A stretch of 64,000 nt of DNA from Schizochytrium sp. TIO01 (GCA_004764695.1 SMSO01000032.1:8154483-8218482); one strand, 5' to 3'. Shown: positions 21,866-32,541, counted from the first letter of the stretch. Notes: a model not told the origin generated them from the letters alone. A program made the numbers and translations.

Positions 21866-22285
21866 CTCCCGATGGAATATTAGGTCATTCTTGCCTCCCG
21901 ATGAAAATAAGAAAGTGTGAACTCCCGATGAATACAAGGGAAGCTCTATGGGTTCTATGAAGCTAACATCTATACAAAATTTAGAGCAAATGCGTTGTAT
22001 CGGAGTATGTACCTGCGTGTACTGAAAATAGCTTAACCAGCAGCTATCGAGAGATATACTGATAAGTCACTGTCAAAGTTTGCACTTCATAGGATATGTT
22101 TTATTGATGATTCCAGTGCTTTATATTTTGAAAATAATTTTTCTTTTTTTTTTCTTTTTTTTGTTAATTAAAAAAATCTGAATACTACCTCTTTATATAT
22201 TTCTTAACATTTGGAATAATAATATCTTTCTCCCGATGAGCAGACATTTACGAAAGTGCTCCCGATGAAAATGCAATGAGGGAAG
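21866..22285. promoter_or_regulatory. Cluster of five identical CTCCCGATG motifs inside two degenerate ~75-bp direct repeats (candidate cis-element)
   Basis: CTCCCGATG starts at 21866, 21895, 21922, 22230 and 22259, all in the same orientation; four continue as CTCCCGATGA. The motifs are directly visible; function is inferred. Confidence 0.5.
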
Positions 22286-22304
22286 GTGATGCTTGGAGTT
22301 GGGT

Positions 22305-25300
22305 CTATTTACGCTTTGCTAGCTCTGCACGATATCGACGGCCACGAAGTGTGTTTGAATAGCCACGCCCTGCCATTCGGGCGTCAACAGGAGCAAGTCG
22401 AGGTGTTCGACGCTGATATGGTTCAGGTTCAAGCTTTGACTCTGCTAGAGAGTTTTTGTTATTTTGTTGTCCTTGGTTACGTCTCACGATGAAGGATGCG
22501 CCATGAGAATCTGCAGCATGAAAATGAGAAGAATTATCATCATCGGAGTCCCCATCTTCATTTTCAAGCGCCGCGCGTGCTGCAGCAAATTCGACTTCAA
22601 GCTCATTCATTTCGCTAAGAATGCCTTCGGCATATTCAAGTCTTTTCGCATTTCGAGAAGCAATGTCAACCTTCAAGTGCCAGTCCTTGCCCATCAGCTG
22701 GTCACCTTGGCGTAGTGTGCCGAGAGGATTTCCTTTAAGATCCCAAACACGCACAAGACAATCATTTGCCGCAGTGATTAAGCAGGAATGGTTATGATCG
22801 CACACTAACTGCATATGTTGAATTCCGTCCCGGTGTGCTTCCCAAGAATGAAGCTGTAAAACAACATCTGAGCCACGGAAAACTGTGCTTGATGTACAGT
22901 TTGGCCCCGTAGGACCGTCTGAATAATCAGCACCTGACACTGATGGTGCCCGTTGTTTGCGATGTTTCATTAGAGGCCCCTTTGTAGAGACATCCATGTG
23001 AATTCTCCTCCTTGCATTCTCGCATTCGTGAGGTTTAAAGCTCCCCAACTCTTCATGTACTTTGCTCACGAGAGGGGCATAGTCCCATATTTTAACATAT
23101 CCTTTCTCATCAGCAGTGAATATCTGATAGAGTTCTTGTGCTAGGCAAACGGCGGAGATTGCTGTGGCCTGAGTGTCATGATGATTCAATACACGTGCGA
23201 GCTGTCTGTTTCTCCAGACTGTGGCTGGACGAACAGCCCAGAATACGAGACCACCTGCGTCATCAGCACTAACTAGTCCGGGGAAACCAATATCTATGAA
23301 TTCAAGTGCTGTGATTGTTTTGGAAGCAAGACGTCTGCTTGGACGAATGCCATTCTTGCTTGATGATTGAGGATGTGCTCCTGAGCTTGACATGCGTGGA
23401 GCAGGCTGCTCTGGGTCTTGCAAAAGTACTGCTTCTACACGGCCAAACTCAAAGTCCCAAAGCACAATCGGTGCTTCTGCACAAGGTGAACCAGATGCAA
23501 TCATTGACAGCTTGTGCGAGAATGCGAGCGCAGTGATGTCTGCTCCAAAATGTCCTCCTTCAAGCTTTCGGAGCTGGATACCTTTCTCTGGATTCATTTC
23601 GTCATGTAGAATGATGCAATCGTCCCAGCCAGCAGAGATTACAATTTTGTGTTCATTGCAGTATATCAAAGCAGATACCTCTGATTTATGAGCTCTTTCA
23701 GGATATGCAAAAGCCTTCATTTCACAGCCGTTCATATAGTCATAAACTCTGATATGTCCTGCGTGATCTCCAATAATAAATTTGCGTTGCCGATCATCCA
23801 AACAAACTGCTGTTAATTCCGCGCCTTCCATGAGATCTCTAAATCGGTTCAGAAGAGTTCCCTTCTGTGCATCCCATAATCGTACATCATGCGGCGAAGC
23901 CGTCAAGATAGTAAGTGTTGTACCATTTACTAATGCTGCGAATGTGCCCAGATCATTGGTTTTTTCTGGGTTCTTAAGTTTCTCGTATTGAAATTGATAC
24001 ATGTGACGACCCACGGCTAGAATAGTTTTGTTGGGGGTAATACTTGCAAAATATTGTAGGGTTTCAGGAGTGCCTAAGCCAAAAGTTTGAACACAACCAA
24101 AGTTGCGTATGTCCCAAACTTTGAAGATCCCACTTGTATCAGCAGTAATGATTTGCGGGGAGTTTTCAATCATTTCTACTTTACAAAGGGGGGCATTGTG
24201 GCCATGTAGACGTAAAATTAAATGCTCCACGTATGGGTTCCAAACAAGCGCATCATAATCAAACCCTGCACTGACCATGAAGCGGTAGTCTTCGTTATAG
24301 GCTAATGATCTGACCCCCTTTTCGTGTCCTTCGAGCGTCTTTTTGTGCCTACCTGAGTGAACATCCCAAAGCCGAATCGTGCGATCCATTGAAGCAGATG
24401 CTAGGCACTCGAGGGATGTTATTTGCAATAAGTCAAGAACCATATCTGTGTGTGATTCTTTCATGATATAGTATGATGTTGAGTTGAGTACACCACCCAT
24501 ACTATGTTTTTCAACTCCAGCGTCCAAGTCCCAGCAGTGCACTATACCGTTCAAACCAGCTGAATATAGGTTTTGAGAATAGGTGCTCCAATTAAGGCAT
24601 GTTTGGGACGTGTCGCTCTGGAATTGAAACATTTCGCGATGACTTTGATCATCATAGATTGACACACAAAGGTTAGAATTGGCAATAGCAAACGCAGATC
24701 GTCCCATTAAATGTGTTGCTGCAAGAATTTGGCCTCCATCAATTGTCAAGCTGCGCTCCAAGTTTAATGTTTCGGGGTTATATAAGTTTAGCACATTAGA
24801 ACGAGCCTCAAAAGCTGCCGCCCGATCAATACCTGGAAAATAGTAGCAAGCAGAGATTGGTAAAGGGTGTTTAGCGTCATCAACCCACGAAGTCAGCGAA
24901 TACGGCCGAATACTGCTGGGCTCATTCATTCGTTCAACAGTGCCAGCCTCTACAATGTAGGATGTAAACTCATCCCACTCCATCGTTCCATCACCATTGA
25001 CATCAATTTGAGCGAAAAGTTCACAAAGATGAGAGACTAGTTGAGCATCACTGAGCGAGGAGCGCTTCAGATATTTCCGCATAACATATACAAACTCTGA
25101 CAACTCAAGACCCTCTTCCTTTTGCTCAAACTCCTCCCGTAATGCTGGAACTTTGTCAATATCCAGCAACATCATGATGTCAATACCTTCATCTTCAGCA
25201 TCTTCTTCCTGCCCTTGGGGTACGTTTGACCCATTCTTGGACTCATCAAAATTCACAAGTTGCTGATGCTTGCTTTCACTTTCAGAGTAGTAAGATGAAG

Positions 25301-25391
25301 AGCTTTGCGTTCTTCCACGCGGCACTTTGGCGTTGGCGCCATGGAGCTCAGTAAGGCGAAAAAAGTCTTCGGCGCGGTCTTCGTCCGCCAT
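22305..25391 (-). CDS. EF-hand plus WD40-repeat protein (WDR49/WDR64/EFCAB8-like, cilium-associated family)
   Basis: First ATG at 25391. EF-hand LFAQIDVNGDGTMEWDEFTSYI, then many WD repeats (LASASMDRTIRLWD, LEGHEKGVRSL, LHGHNAPL, FKVWDIRNF.CVQT, ITAANDCLVRVWD). Confidence 0.85.
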   Translation of the reverse strand: MADEDRAEDFFRLTELHGANAKVPRGRTQSSSSYYSESESKHQQLVNFDESKNGSNVPQGQEEDAEDEGIDIMMLLDIDKVPALREEFEQKEEGLELSEFVYVMRKYLKRSSLSDAQLVSHLCELFAQIDVNGDGTMEWDEFTSYIVEAGTVERMNEPSSIRPYSLTSWVDDAKHPLPISACYYFPGIDRAAAFEARSNVLNLYNPETLNLERSLTIDGGQILAATHLMGRSAFAIANSNLCVSIYDDQSHREMFQFQSDTSQTCLNWSTYSQNLYSAGLNGIVHCWDLDAGVEKHSMGGVLNSTSYYIMKESHTDMVLDLLQITSLECLASASMDRTIRLWDVHSGRHKKTLEGHEKGVRSLAYNEDYRFMVSAGFDYDALVWNPYVEHLILRLHGHNAPLCKVEMIENSPQIITADTSGIFKVWDIRNFGCVQTFGLGTPETLQYFASITPNKTILAVGRHMYQFQYEKLKNPEKTNDLGTFAALVNGTTLTILTASPHDVRLWDAQKGTLLNRFRDLMEGAELTAVCLDDRQRKFIIGDHAGHIRVYDYMNGCEMKAFAYPERAHKSEVSALIYCNEHKIVISAGWDDCIILHDEMNPEKGIQLRKLEGGHFGADITALAFSHKLSMIASGSPCAEAPIVLWDFEFGRVEAVLLQDPEQPAPRMSSSGAHPQSSSKNGIRPSRRLASKTITALEFIDIGFPGLVSADDAGGLVFWAVRPATVWRNRQLARVLNHHDTQATAISAVCLAQELYQIFTADEKGYVKIWDYAPLVSKVHEELGSFKPHECENARRRIHMDVSTKGPLMKHRKQRAPSVSGADYSDGPTGPNCTSSTVFRGSDVVLQLHSWEAHRDGIQHMQLVCDHNHSCLITAANDCLVRVWDLKGNPLGTLRQGDQLMGKDWHLKVDIASRNAKRLEYAEGILSEMNELEVEFAAARAALENEDGDSDDDNSSHFHAADSHGASFIVRRNQGQQNNKNSLAESKLEPEPYQRRTPRLAPVDARMAGRGYSNTLRGRRYRAELAKRK

Positions 25392-27084
25392 CACGTCTTG
25401 GCTTCAGGTGCTTACCAAAGCTACCTAGGCCAGACACAGACCTTCTGGCATAGGTTAAAGCGTCAACTGTACTAAGTCTCAACTCTTTGCTATCCGAGTG
25501 GCGTTATTGCAGAGATCTCTAGCCGTCTGTGTGTCTATCTCTTTGTATGTTTATATATGTGCGTGCCTGTCTTTCTATCTCTCTTTGTTTGTCTGTGTCA
25601 CCTTTTGCAAGTCGTTGTCCTTTGCAAGCCCAAGTGCTTGCCTACTGGAGTTAGCAAACTAGCTGTAAGGGTACGTCAGTAGTGTAGCTAGCTAACTAAA
25701 GTAGCTAGGATTGAAGATATTCGTATTTTCAACCTAGCTTTTTATGCGCCTTATCCGATTATATGATAGTAAATTGCTCTCAACGCCCCATCTCAACTAA
25801 ATTCTTAATGCTTCAACGGTCATAAATTTTCAGGGGTGTGTACCATCTAATCACTCACACGAGGTCTCGCGGGACCATGTCACAGTTTTACTTCCTTCCT
25901 TACTTTCAAATGGCCTTCCAGCTATTGGATATCTCCTAATGCTATCCCTCATGCTTTTCAACTTAGATCTTGCATTAATCGATGAAGCGCGATGCGGATC
26001 TTGGTTTGTTCTAACAGGGTATTATAATCACCGTCTCTATTAGTTCCAAGAACTGGTAAAAGGTGTCAGGAGTATGATGTATGACAAGGAAACAAATTAA
26101 AACGTTCATTCATGGATCCTACCCCTTGCAGAGACTACAGATTCCCAGCTTCAGATTCTGAATAATGGCCCGCCTCTGTTTTCTGCATCGGCAGCAAAAT
26201 CAGCAGCAGTGATGGTTTCAGATCTTACCTAGCTAGGTAGTTTAGTTATCAACGAATCTGCAGATGCTCAAACTTAATCTCGCAATGACAATGGGTTATT
26301 TTTTAGCAACAAGTACACAATACGAAATAGTCTACTTCAAATAAAAATACTGTACAATTTACACTACGCTAACACAAACCATGAGAAAGAACGCTCACAA
26401 GAACACCCATTGTGATACTAGTACCTAGACACTAGCTAGAGTTGAGCGAAGCAGAGAACAGCACTTGGAAGTTCAAAGTTCTGTTTTGGGCATTGAGCTA
26501 CACTATAGATCGAATGAATAGTCCATAGTATGGAGTTTTAATAGCCTATTTGGGAGGTACTTCGTAAGTGGGTTATACGGTAAGAGCTTTAGATGCAGCG
26601 AAAAAGAAAAAGCGGCTCGCTGGCAGCAACTTCGGTTCAATCGGTCGCTGCTCACTCGTGAACAAACTACTTTCGGCGCTACGCCTTGCGTTGGCGCGAG
26701 CTATCTGCTGGTCGGCCCTTGGGCTGGTCAGGCCTTTTTGGCTTTTGGACCTCCCTGAGAGCTGGGTGGCGGGAGCCCGTGGATAAGATCTCGACTTGTG
26801 GGCTGCAAATCACTTCATTTCATTGGGTGGCCGAGCCGAATTGGTGCCACGAAGCGAGACAAAACTGGCTGAAGGTCTGCGAATCGAATACGATACTGGA
26901 GTTCTTTGGAAACACGGGTTGTGTTTACCTCGAGGCCGAATTAAGAACAAATAATCGGGCAGGGCCGGTCCTAAAGCGGCTCGGAACTCCTCGCAGGCGT
27001 GAGGAAGAGGACCTTTCAGGACAGATTTCTAGACTAAATAGGCAAGACGGTTGATTGTTACGTGAGGAAGTGGAATTGAGGGAA

Positions 27085-29367
27085 ATGATGCAGCAACGCG
27101 GGAAGCGAAGGACTGCCGTCTTGTGTGAAGGCGAGGTTGTGGATTTTGTACTTAACAGTAAGCAAGTGCTTGATGACCGTGAAATTGTGCAGGGCTTGGA
27201 GCAACTGAACACAGACGGCGCAGCAAAATGCATGCAATGCAAAAAAACGTCGGTGATGAAGCTTGTAGCGAAATATAATCAGGACATTGGATGCTCCGGA
27301 TGTGTGCGTCAGCTCAAGCAAAGGCTTGAAGGTTTCAGCTTATGTCGCGGTGGGCTAATGGGCTCTCTCTTTGAAGAGACCTCTGATGGCATGCTAAGAC
27401 TTAGACCTCAGTTTCAGCACAAAGACCATGTGGGGAAAGTTTTTTCTGCATTCAATAGCCAAGCTTACTTTAATGCGAAGAAAGGCGGGTCAAAACGGCA
27501 AAGGTGTTCGCTTCACACAGCTAGTCCACGAATGGACGAACCGTGGATTCAGGTTTGGGAGGATATGCCTACGGAGGTTCAGGAAAGAATTGCGCGGCTT
27601 GAGATTCACGAGCTTAGCAATCAGCTCACAGACCACCTAAAACAGCTCTACTTTTGTCGAGATTGTCGGGGGAATGTTCTAAAAGCTTTGGATCTCTTAG
27701 TGGGCTTTATGGATCCCTTCGAACTGGAGGACCATGATGAATATGCACCAGAGTATTACCGTCCGTTTTTATTAGGAAATGCCGGTGATACCTTTTGGAG
27801 TCTTGTAGATTGCACAACACCGAATGCACGTCGGCTCGGACATGGCGGTTCCTCTGTAGATTCTGATGGAGACGCTGATAGCACGCATAGTAAATATGAC
27901 GACGACGACGAAGATGATGATCTTGGCGAACTTGATGATGTAGACTCTACAGACTTTCCTATTGATCTCGATGAATATAAAGTCAGGAGCGTGTCACCAC
28001 AAGTGGAAATCACTGGTAGCGAAAAGTTGCATCCGCATGATATTCACTCCAATACCGTTGAAAGACGGAGTTCTCGTAGTTTAAAATCTTCTCGGTCAAA
28101 TCAAGGTGAAGCGGTACATCAGCCGCAGCACAAACGCAGCCTGAGTTCCAGCAGCTGTGATTGTATGGAGTGCACAGACAATGTTTCGGGAGACGACAAC
28201 GATGACGATGAAGATGATGACGATGACGATGACTTTATTACTCGTCATCTAAGTGAAGATAATGACAATTTGGATGGGGGTCATGGTCACGCCCATAGTC
28301 ACAACCATGCCGATCATGGGCATCAGCGTCATCACCATCATAACAATGAGCATGGCCATGGGCATCACCACACCCATAGTTTTAGTAGACGTAGTGAGGA
28401 GGAGGAAGACTACCAAGATGGGGACTCAAATTCTTATGCAATGCATGGTGCTTCACATTTGCTGATTAATCTCGACGACGTTCTAGGATTGATTCAGCGT
28501 TCTGAGGATGCTGATGCTCGGGATGAGTTGAACCGTCAAAACGGAGGGAGTAGTGATCGCCATGCTCCAACCTTAAAGGATGGACAAATGGAGTTGCTTC
28601 ATTGCATTGGCAAAGTGCTCCTTGATCGGATTCGGGATACTTGGATCGACCAGCTCATTCGTGGACGTACAGGAGAGCTTCTTGCATGGCTGACTCTTTC
28701 GTGCATGAGGACCAACATGCAAACAGCGATTCAGAGCAAAAGCGAAGAGACTCTTTACATGTTGCTGGAGGAAGAGGAGCACCGCGAAAAGGAACGCAAG
28801 GACGGTAAGAAGAAGAAGAAGAAAAATAAGAGCAAAAAGAAAAAGAAGGGATCTTCTGGCAAATCTGCAGAAGACGGTGAGGAGGATGAGGATGAAGATT
28901 TGCGGAAAACCTCTTTGGCGGAAGCTACGTTTCCAACTCCTGGAATCACAGATGTGGAGTCGGTCCTTTCTAATCGTCAACATGTGCCAAAAGTAGCAAA
29001 GTCCAGTGGCGCAGACATTTCTTCAGACCTTCACAGGCCTGATAATGGGCTTTCCACATCAACTGTTAAATCTCCAATGAGTGAATGGGACCAAGCTTGT
29101 GAGGCACGTCTGCTTGCTCAATTTGGAGCAAGCGCATCAAAGTTTGATGGCGCGAATGAATATTCGCACACCTTCAGTTCCTCATTCTGTGATCTCGTCT
29201 CTAGCTTAGAGCAGGACGATTCGGATGAAGAGGATGAAGGTTTGACTGAGGATGAAATCCGTGAAGCACAGTTGCAGCTGAAGCGAATGATGGGTACTTC
29301 CTCACGCGCTGAGCTTCGGGCTAATTTGCGTGAGCGCTTTTATAGTTTATCACAAAAATCAACTTGA
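27085..29367 (+). CDS. GGNBP2: Gametogenetin-binding protein 2 (GGNBP2/ZNF403)-like protein
   Basis: First ATG at 27085. Ordered motifs resemble remembered GGNBP2 blocks: CSGCVRQL (cf. CVGCRRSV), KRQRCSLH (KRCQLH), WIQVWEDM (WMDVWELM), YFCRDCRGNVLKAL..LVG (FCTDCKNKVLRAY..LIG), DRHAPTL..GQMELLHCIG..LLDRI..TW (ERHAKTI..AQEEVLTCLG..LYERL..IW), a basic K-run, and C-terminal LTEDEI...RAELRANLRERF. Confidence 0.8.
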   Translation: MMQQRGKRRTAVLCEGEVVDFVLNSKQVLDDREIVQGLEQLNTDGAAKCMQCKKTSVMKLVAKYNQDIGCSGCVRQLKQRLEGFSLCRGGLMGSLFEETSDGMLRLRPQFQHKDHVGKVFSAFNSQAYFNAKKGGSKRQRCSLHTASPRMDEPWIQVWEDMPTEVQERIARLEIHELSNQLTDHLKQLYFCRDCRGNVLKALDLLVGFMDPFELEDHDEYAPEYYRPFLLGNAGDTFWSLVDCTTPNARRLGHGGSSVDSDGDADSTHSKYDDDDEDDDLGELDDVDSTDFPIDLDEYKVRSVSPQVEITGSEKLHPHDIHSNTVERRSSRSLKSSRSNQGEAVHQPQHKRSLSSSSCDCMECTDNVSGDDNDDDEDDDDDDDFITRHLSEDNDNLDGGHGHAHSHNHADHGHQRHHHHNNEHGHGHHHTHSFSRRSEEEEDYQDGDSNSYAMHGASHLLINLDDVLGLIQRSEDADARDELNRQNGGSSDRHAPTLKDGQMELLHCIGKVLLDRIRDTWIDQLIRGRTGELLAWLTLSCMRTNMQTAIQSKSEETLYMLLEEEEHREKERKDGKKKKKKNKSKKKKKGSSGKSAEDGEEDEDEDLRKTSLAEATFPTPGITDVESVLSNRQHVPKVAKSSGADISSDLHRPDNGLSTSTVKSPMSEWDQACEARLLAQFGASASKFDGANEYSHTFSSSFCDLVSSLEQDDSDEEDEGLTEDEIREAQLQLKRMMGTSSRAELRANLRERFYSLSQKST

Positions 29368-29596
29368 TGATATATACCAAAATAATACCACGGGTTCGCC
29401 CTCCCTCTGGTGGTCTTTAAGGATTTAAAAAGATGATCTGCGAGGCCAATAATTTAGGTGACCCCTTAGACTGATTTCCTTCTGCATACAACAAAAGGGA
29501 AATGATAGATTTCTGTTCTTATTTTATTTTAGAAAAATTGACAAGTTCAACAAAAGTTAAAGTGCCTTGGAAGCCAGGTTATTTATTTAGCTATTT

Positions 29597-31000
29597 TTAT
29601 GCTTCAGCGAGTTGCTCCTCGACTTGAGATTCTGGGAATGCGTGCGCAAATATTGTTCTTGCAATGGAATCGTCATCAAGATTCATTTGTTGCAGCAAGT
29701 GGGATAGACTGTCGGGGTGCTCCTTGGAAAATTGGAGATTGTCAAGGGTAGTCTCAGTTTCTTCCGCTTGATCGAAGCTCTTTAGGGAAATAAGGTCTTT
29801 TGAAGGAGTAAAAGTGAAACGACCGATAACCTGGGACGCAGATTGACGAACAATTTTCATAGCATGCTGCCCAGCCTTTTCAAATGTAATTGCAGCACCA
29901 AGGACCGATCCAGGTTGATAGGAGATTCGGAACGGATTCAACTGTTCATCTGTAACTCCTGGAAGGGACATTTCCGCATTGTTATTAATGATAATAACGG
30001 CTGCAGCACCAGCGGCAATCGCATGGTTGAATTTTTCGACGAATGGGCAGCCTCCTCGGGCGATGAGAAACACCGAATCTGGAACGACATCAGGCTTCAT
30101 GATCGGTCCGCACGCCATCTCATTGCCCTCCTCAGGAACCTCCATTGGCAAGCCTTGCTCCTGAGCTGGCAACGAAACCCCTGTGAAACTGCCGAAAAAA
30201 TCAAATGCATAGAGCTTCTGCTCCTCAGCAGGATTTTCATGATTGAAGAGAGTTACATGCCCGCTCCTTGTTACATCAATATAGCGTTTGCGGAGTGCAG
30301 TTTGTTCTTGGTCAAGGTTCTTAGCTCCATCACGACATTCTCCGCAGCTCACAAACTTTTCAGTCTCTGGATGTAAAGTGTATTGGCTCTCCAGAAGGAT
30401 TTTATCGGTAGGATTATATTTAAAATGGTGTCGAAGCAGTGCTGCAGCACGTGGGCGCACTAGGACACTTGAAATGGTCCGAAATTTCGTATTATGATCA
30501 CCAATGGCTTGCTGCTTTGGTGCAGACGGATCAGTTCCATCGCTTTCTAGAGGCGCAGCTGATTGAGGAAGCCCCTCTGGCATTGCAAATAGACCATCCT
30601 CTTGCGAGTTCTCGACGATCATGACAGAAGCACCTGCTTGAGCAGCAGCCTCGGCTTTTTGTTGAAAACTGCACTCTCCACGTTTTACAAGTACGGTTTT
30701 GCCAGTGTAATCCCCGATAAGTGGACTACATGCCAGTTCGGGCTCTGCAAAGGCAAACTCAGTTGCCTCACAAGGAAACAGGGCACTAAATTCTGAAGTG
30801 AAGAATTCAATGTATTCTTGAGAACCAGATACGAAAAGATGGCCCCAGCGACCTGGGGTAGTTGCCGTAGCGGCACACTTACCCAGCGTTTGGGATTTCA
30901 AAGAGACTTCATTTTCCTTGGCGTGTGTATGTGTGGCAGCAAGGAGTACCAAGTATACCACAATCAACGTTGCGCTCAAGGCCAAACCTCGGCACCGCAT
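29597..31000 (-). CDS. Signal-peptide protein with two PA (protease-associated) domains
   Basis: First ATG at 31000 gives MRCRGLALSATLIVVYLVLLAATHTHA (signal-peptide-like). PA motifs are ACSPL...GKTVLVKRGECSFQQKAEAAAQAGASVMIV and ACGP...VFLIARGGCPFVEKFNHAIAAGAAAVIIINN. Confidence 0.85.
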   Translation of the reverse strand: MRCRGLALSATLIVVYLVLLAATHTHAKENEVSLKSQTLGKCAATATTPGRWGHLFVSGSQEYIEFFTSEFSALFPCEATEFAFAEPELACSPLIGDYTGKTVLVKRGECSFQQKAEAAAQAGASVMIVENSQEDGLFAMPEGLPQSAAPLESDGTDPSAPKQQAIGDHNTKFRTISSVLVRPRAAALLRHHFKYNPTDKILLESQYTLHPETEKFVSCGECRDGAKNLDQEQTALRKRYIDVTRSGHVTLFNHENPAEEQKLYAFDFFGSFTGVSLPAQEQGLPMEVPEEGNEMACGPIMKPDVVPDSVFLIARGGCPFVEKFNHAIAAGAAAVIIINNNAEMSLPGVTDEQLNPFRISYQPGSVLGAAITFEKAGQHAMKIVRQSASQVIGRFTFTPSKDLISLKSFDQAEETETTLDNLQFSKEHPDSLSHLLQQMNLDDDSIARTIFAHAFPESQVEEQLAEA

Positions 31001-32541
31001 TGCAAAGGCAGACAACACTTGTGACTAGTAGAAGAGAAAGCTATTTGCGGCACCCCGCGGAAGTCTTGTTATCGAGTCTTGCGAGGTATCTACTCAACCT
31101 TCACTCGATTGTTCGGGTCGGCTGTTGTACAAAAAGAGTCTGTCAGCACGCGAAGCCAGATCTGGTAGAAACTGGGATGATTCTCGCTCAACGGTTGCTT
31201 GTATAAATATTACGTAGATACTTCTACTGATGACCCCATGATATCACTACTACTGTTAGCACTAATTGAGTACTAACCTGAATTCGCGAAAATAACAACG
31301 AGATCTTCAGCCACATTTTTATGGATGATCTGCAGAGGAGTGGTATAAATAAGCTGCTTGAACGACGTTGCTCTACATTATATTCAAGTTTGCTACATGA
31401 ATCTTAAAGACAACATTGGAGATATGACAAGTAAAAAGCGTAAGTATGATAAGGAGGGAAATGGAAATGGAAATGCCCAAATAGGTTTTCTGAATGAAAC
31501 CAAGAACCTAGCTGATAAATGCTAAAGTTTAATATGAGCTTCAGAGCTCGCTCGACCTTATCGGTGAACGTTCATCAATGATGTACCTATAAATTATAGA
31601 TGCAGGTAAATGCATAGAACCTGTGCACGCTAACGTTCAACTTTTGCTTTTACTTGGGCGAACCGAAGAAAATGTAAAAAAAAGTTCAGGAACAAGCTTA
31701 TTCTTTCTTTGGTAACATGGAAGGGCATTAGACTTAGAAAGGAGCAGCTTCAAAATATTGTTTCGATATTGCTTGCATTCTTCAATGCGCATAGAAGTTC
31801 AGAAAAAAAAAATGATCTTTCAGAGTTGTTGCGCTCCGCGTGTTCAAAAACCTTCATTTTGCTGAGTCAACCCTGGCAATTTGCGTTTCTAGATATGCAT
31901 TATACCAAATTTTAGAATGATCCTCTCGTGGCGCATTTCGATGTTTAGAACTTGCAATATCTTATTTTCTTTGTAAACTGAAACTTTCTTCATGTCTGTT
32001 TTAGAATGGTTACACATCTCTCAAATTATTACCAAGGTTCACTGAACCTCAACCAGTACCATCCACTTCCTCACTCACTGGGAAAAGAGATGCCAGCCTC
32101 TGCTCGCGACTTTTAAGCGAATCTCCAGCCCACTGGTCTCTCTATTTTGCCACGCTTTCAACGGATCTGCCTACCCTGTAAACACTCAGGCCAAGCCGCC
32201 AAATAATGCTCCTAGCCCTTACTTAGGGGAATACTCCATGTCTTGCTCACTGTGCGCTCAGGTCATTAAAAAATGTGACTGGTACTAACTATCTGTGAGT
32301 TCATGATGTCGAGGGCGACTCAAGCAAGCCTGAAAGCCTCGAGCGTCATTTTTCTGGCGTGCACCGTTGACCCGTACGGCCTTCGCATGGCCGCGGTGGT
32401 TGTGGGCTGCGTCGCAAAGCGGCAAAAGGAGTTATTTAGAACAGGAGAAGGGAAAGCGTTGGATTAAATACTCATCCAGTTGACGTTGGTCGTTTTGCCC
32501 CGCCCCGACAATAAGAAGAGAAGCGCTAAAAAAGGAACGCC

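Noticed and set aside
21866-22267. Regularly spaced identical motifs with variable spacers resembling a mini CRISPR array
   Set aside because: The repeats are only 9-10 bp, the spacers about 18-20 bp and mutually related, there are no cas genes, and the context is eukaryotic. Kept as a cis-element candidate instead.
26686-27084. In-frame TGA (27052-27054) between a 122-codon ORF and the GGNBP2-like ORF, suggesting selenocysteine or readthrough
   Set aside because: The upstream frame has no ATG and no recognisable homology, GGNBP2 similarity begins after ATG 27085, there is no redox-motif context, and I recognised no SECIS-like element.
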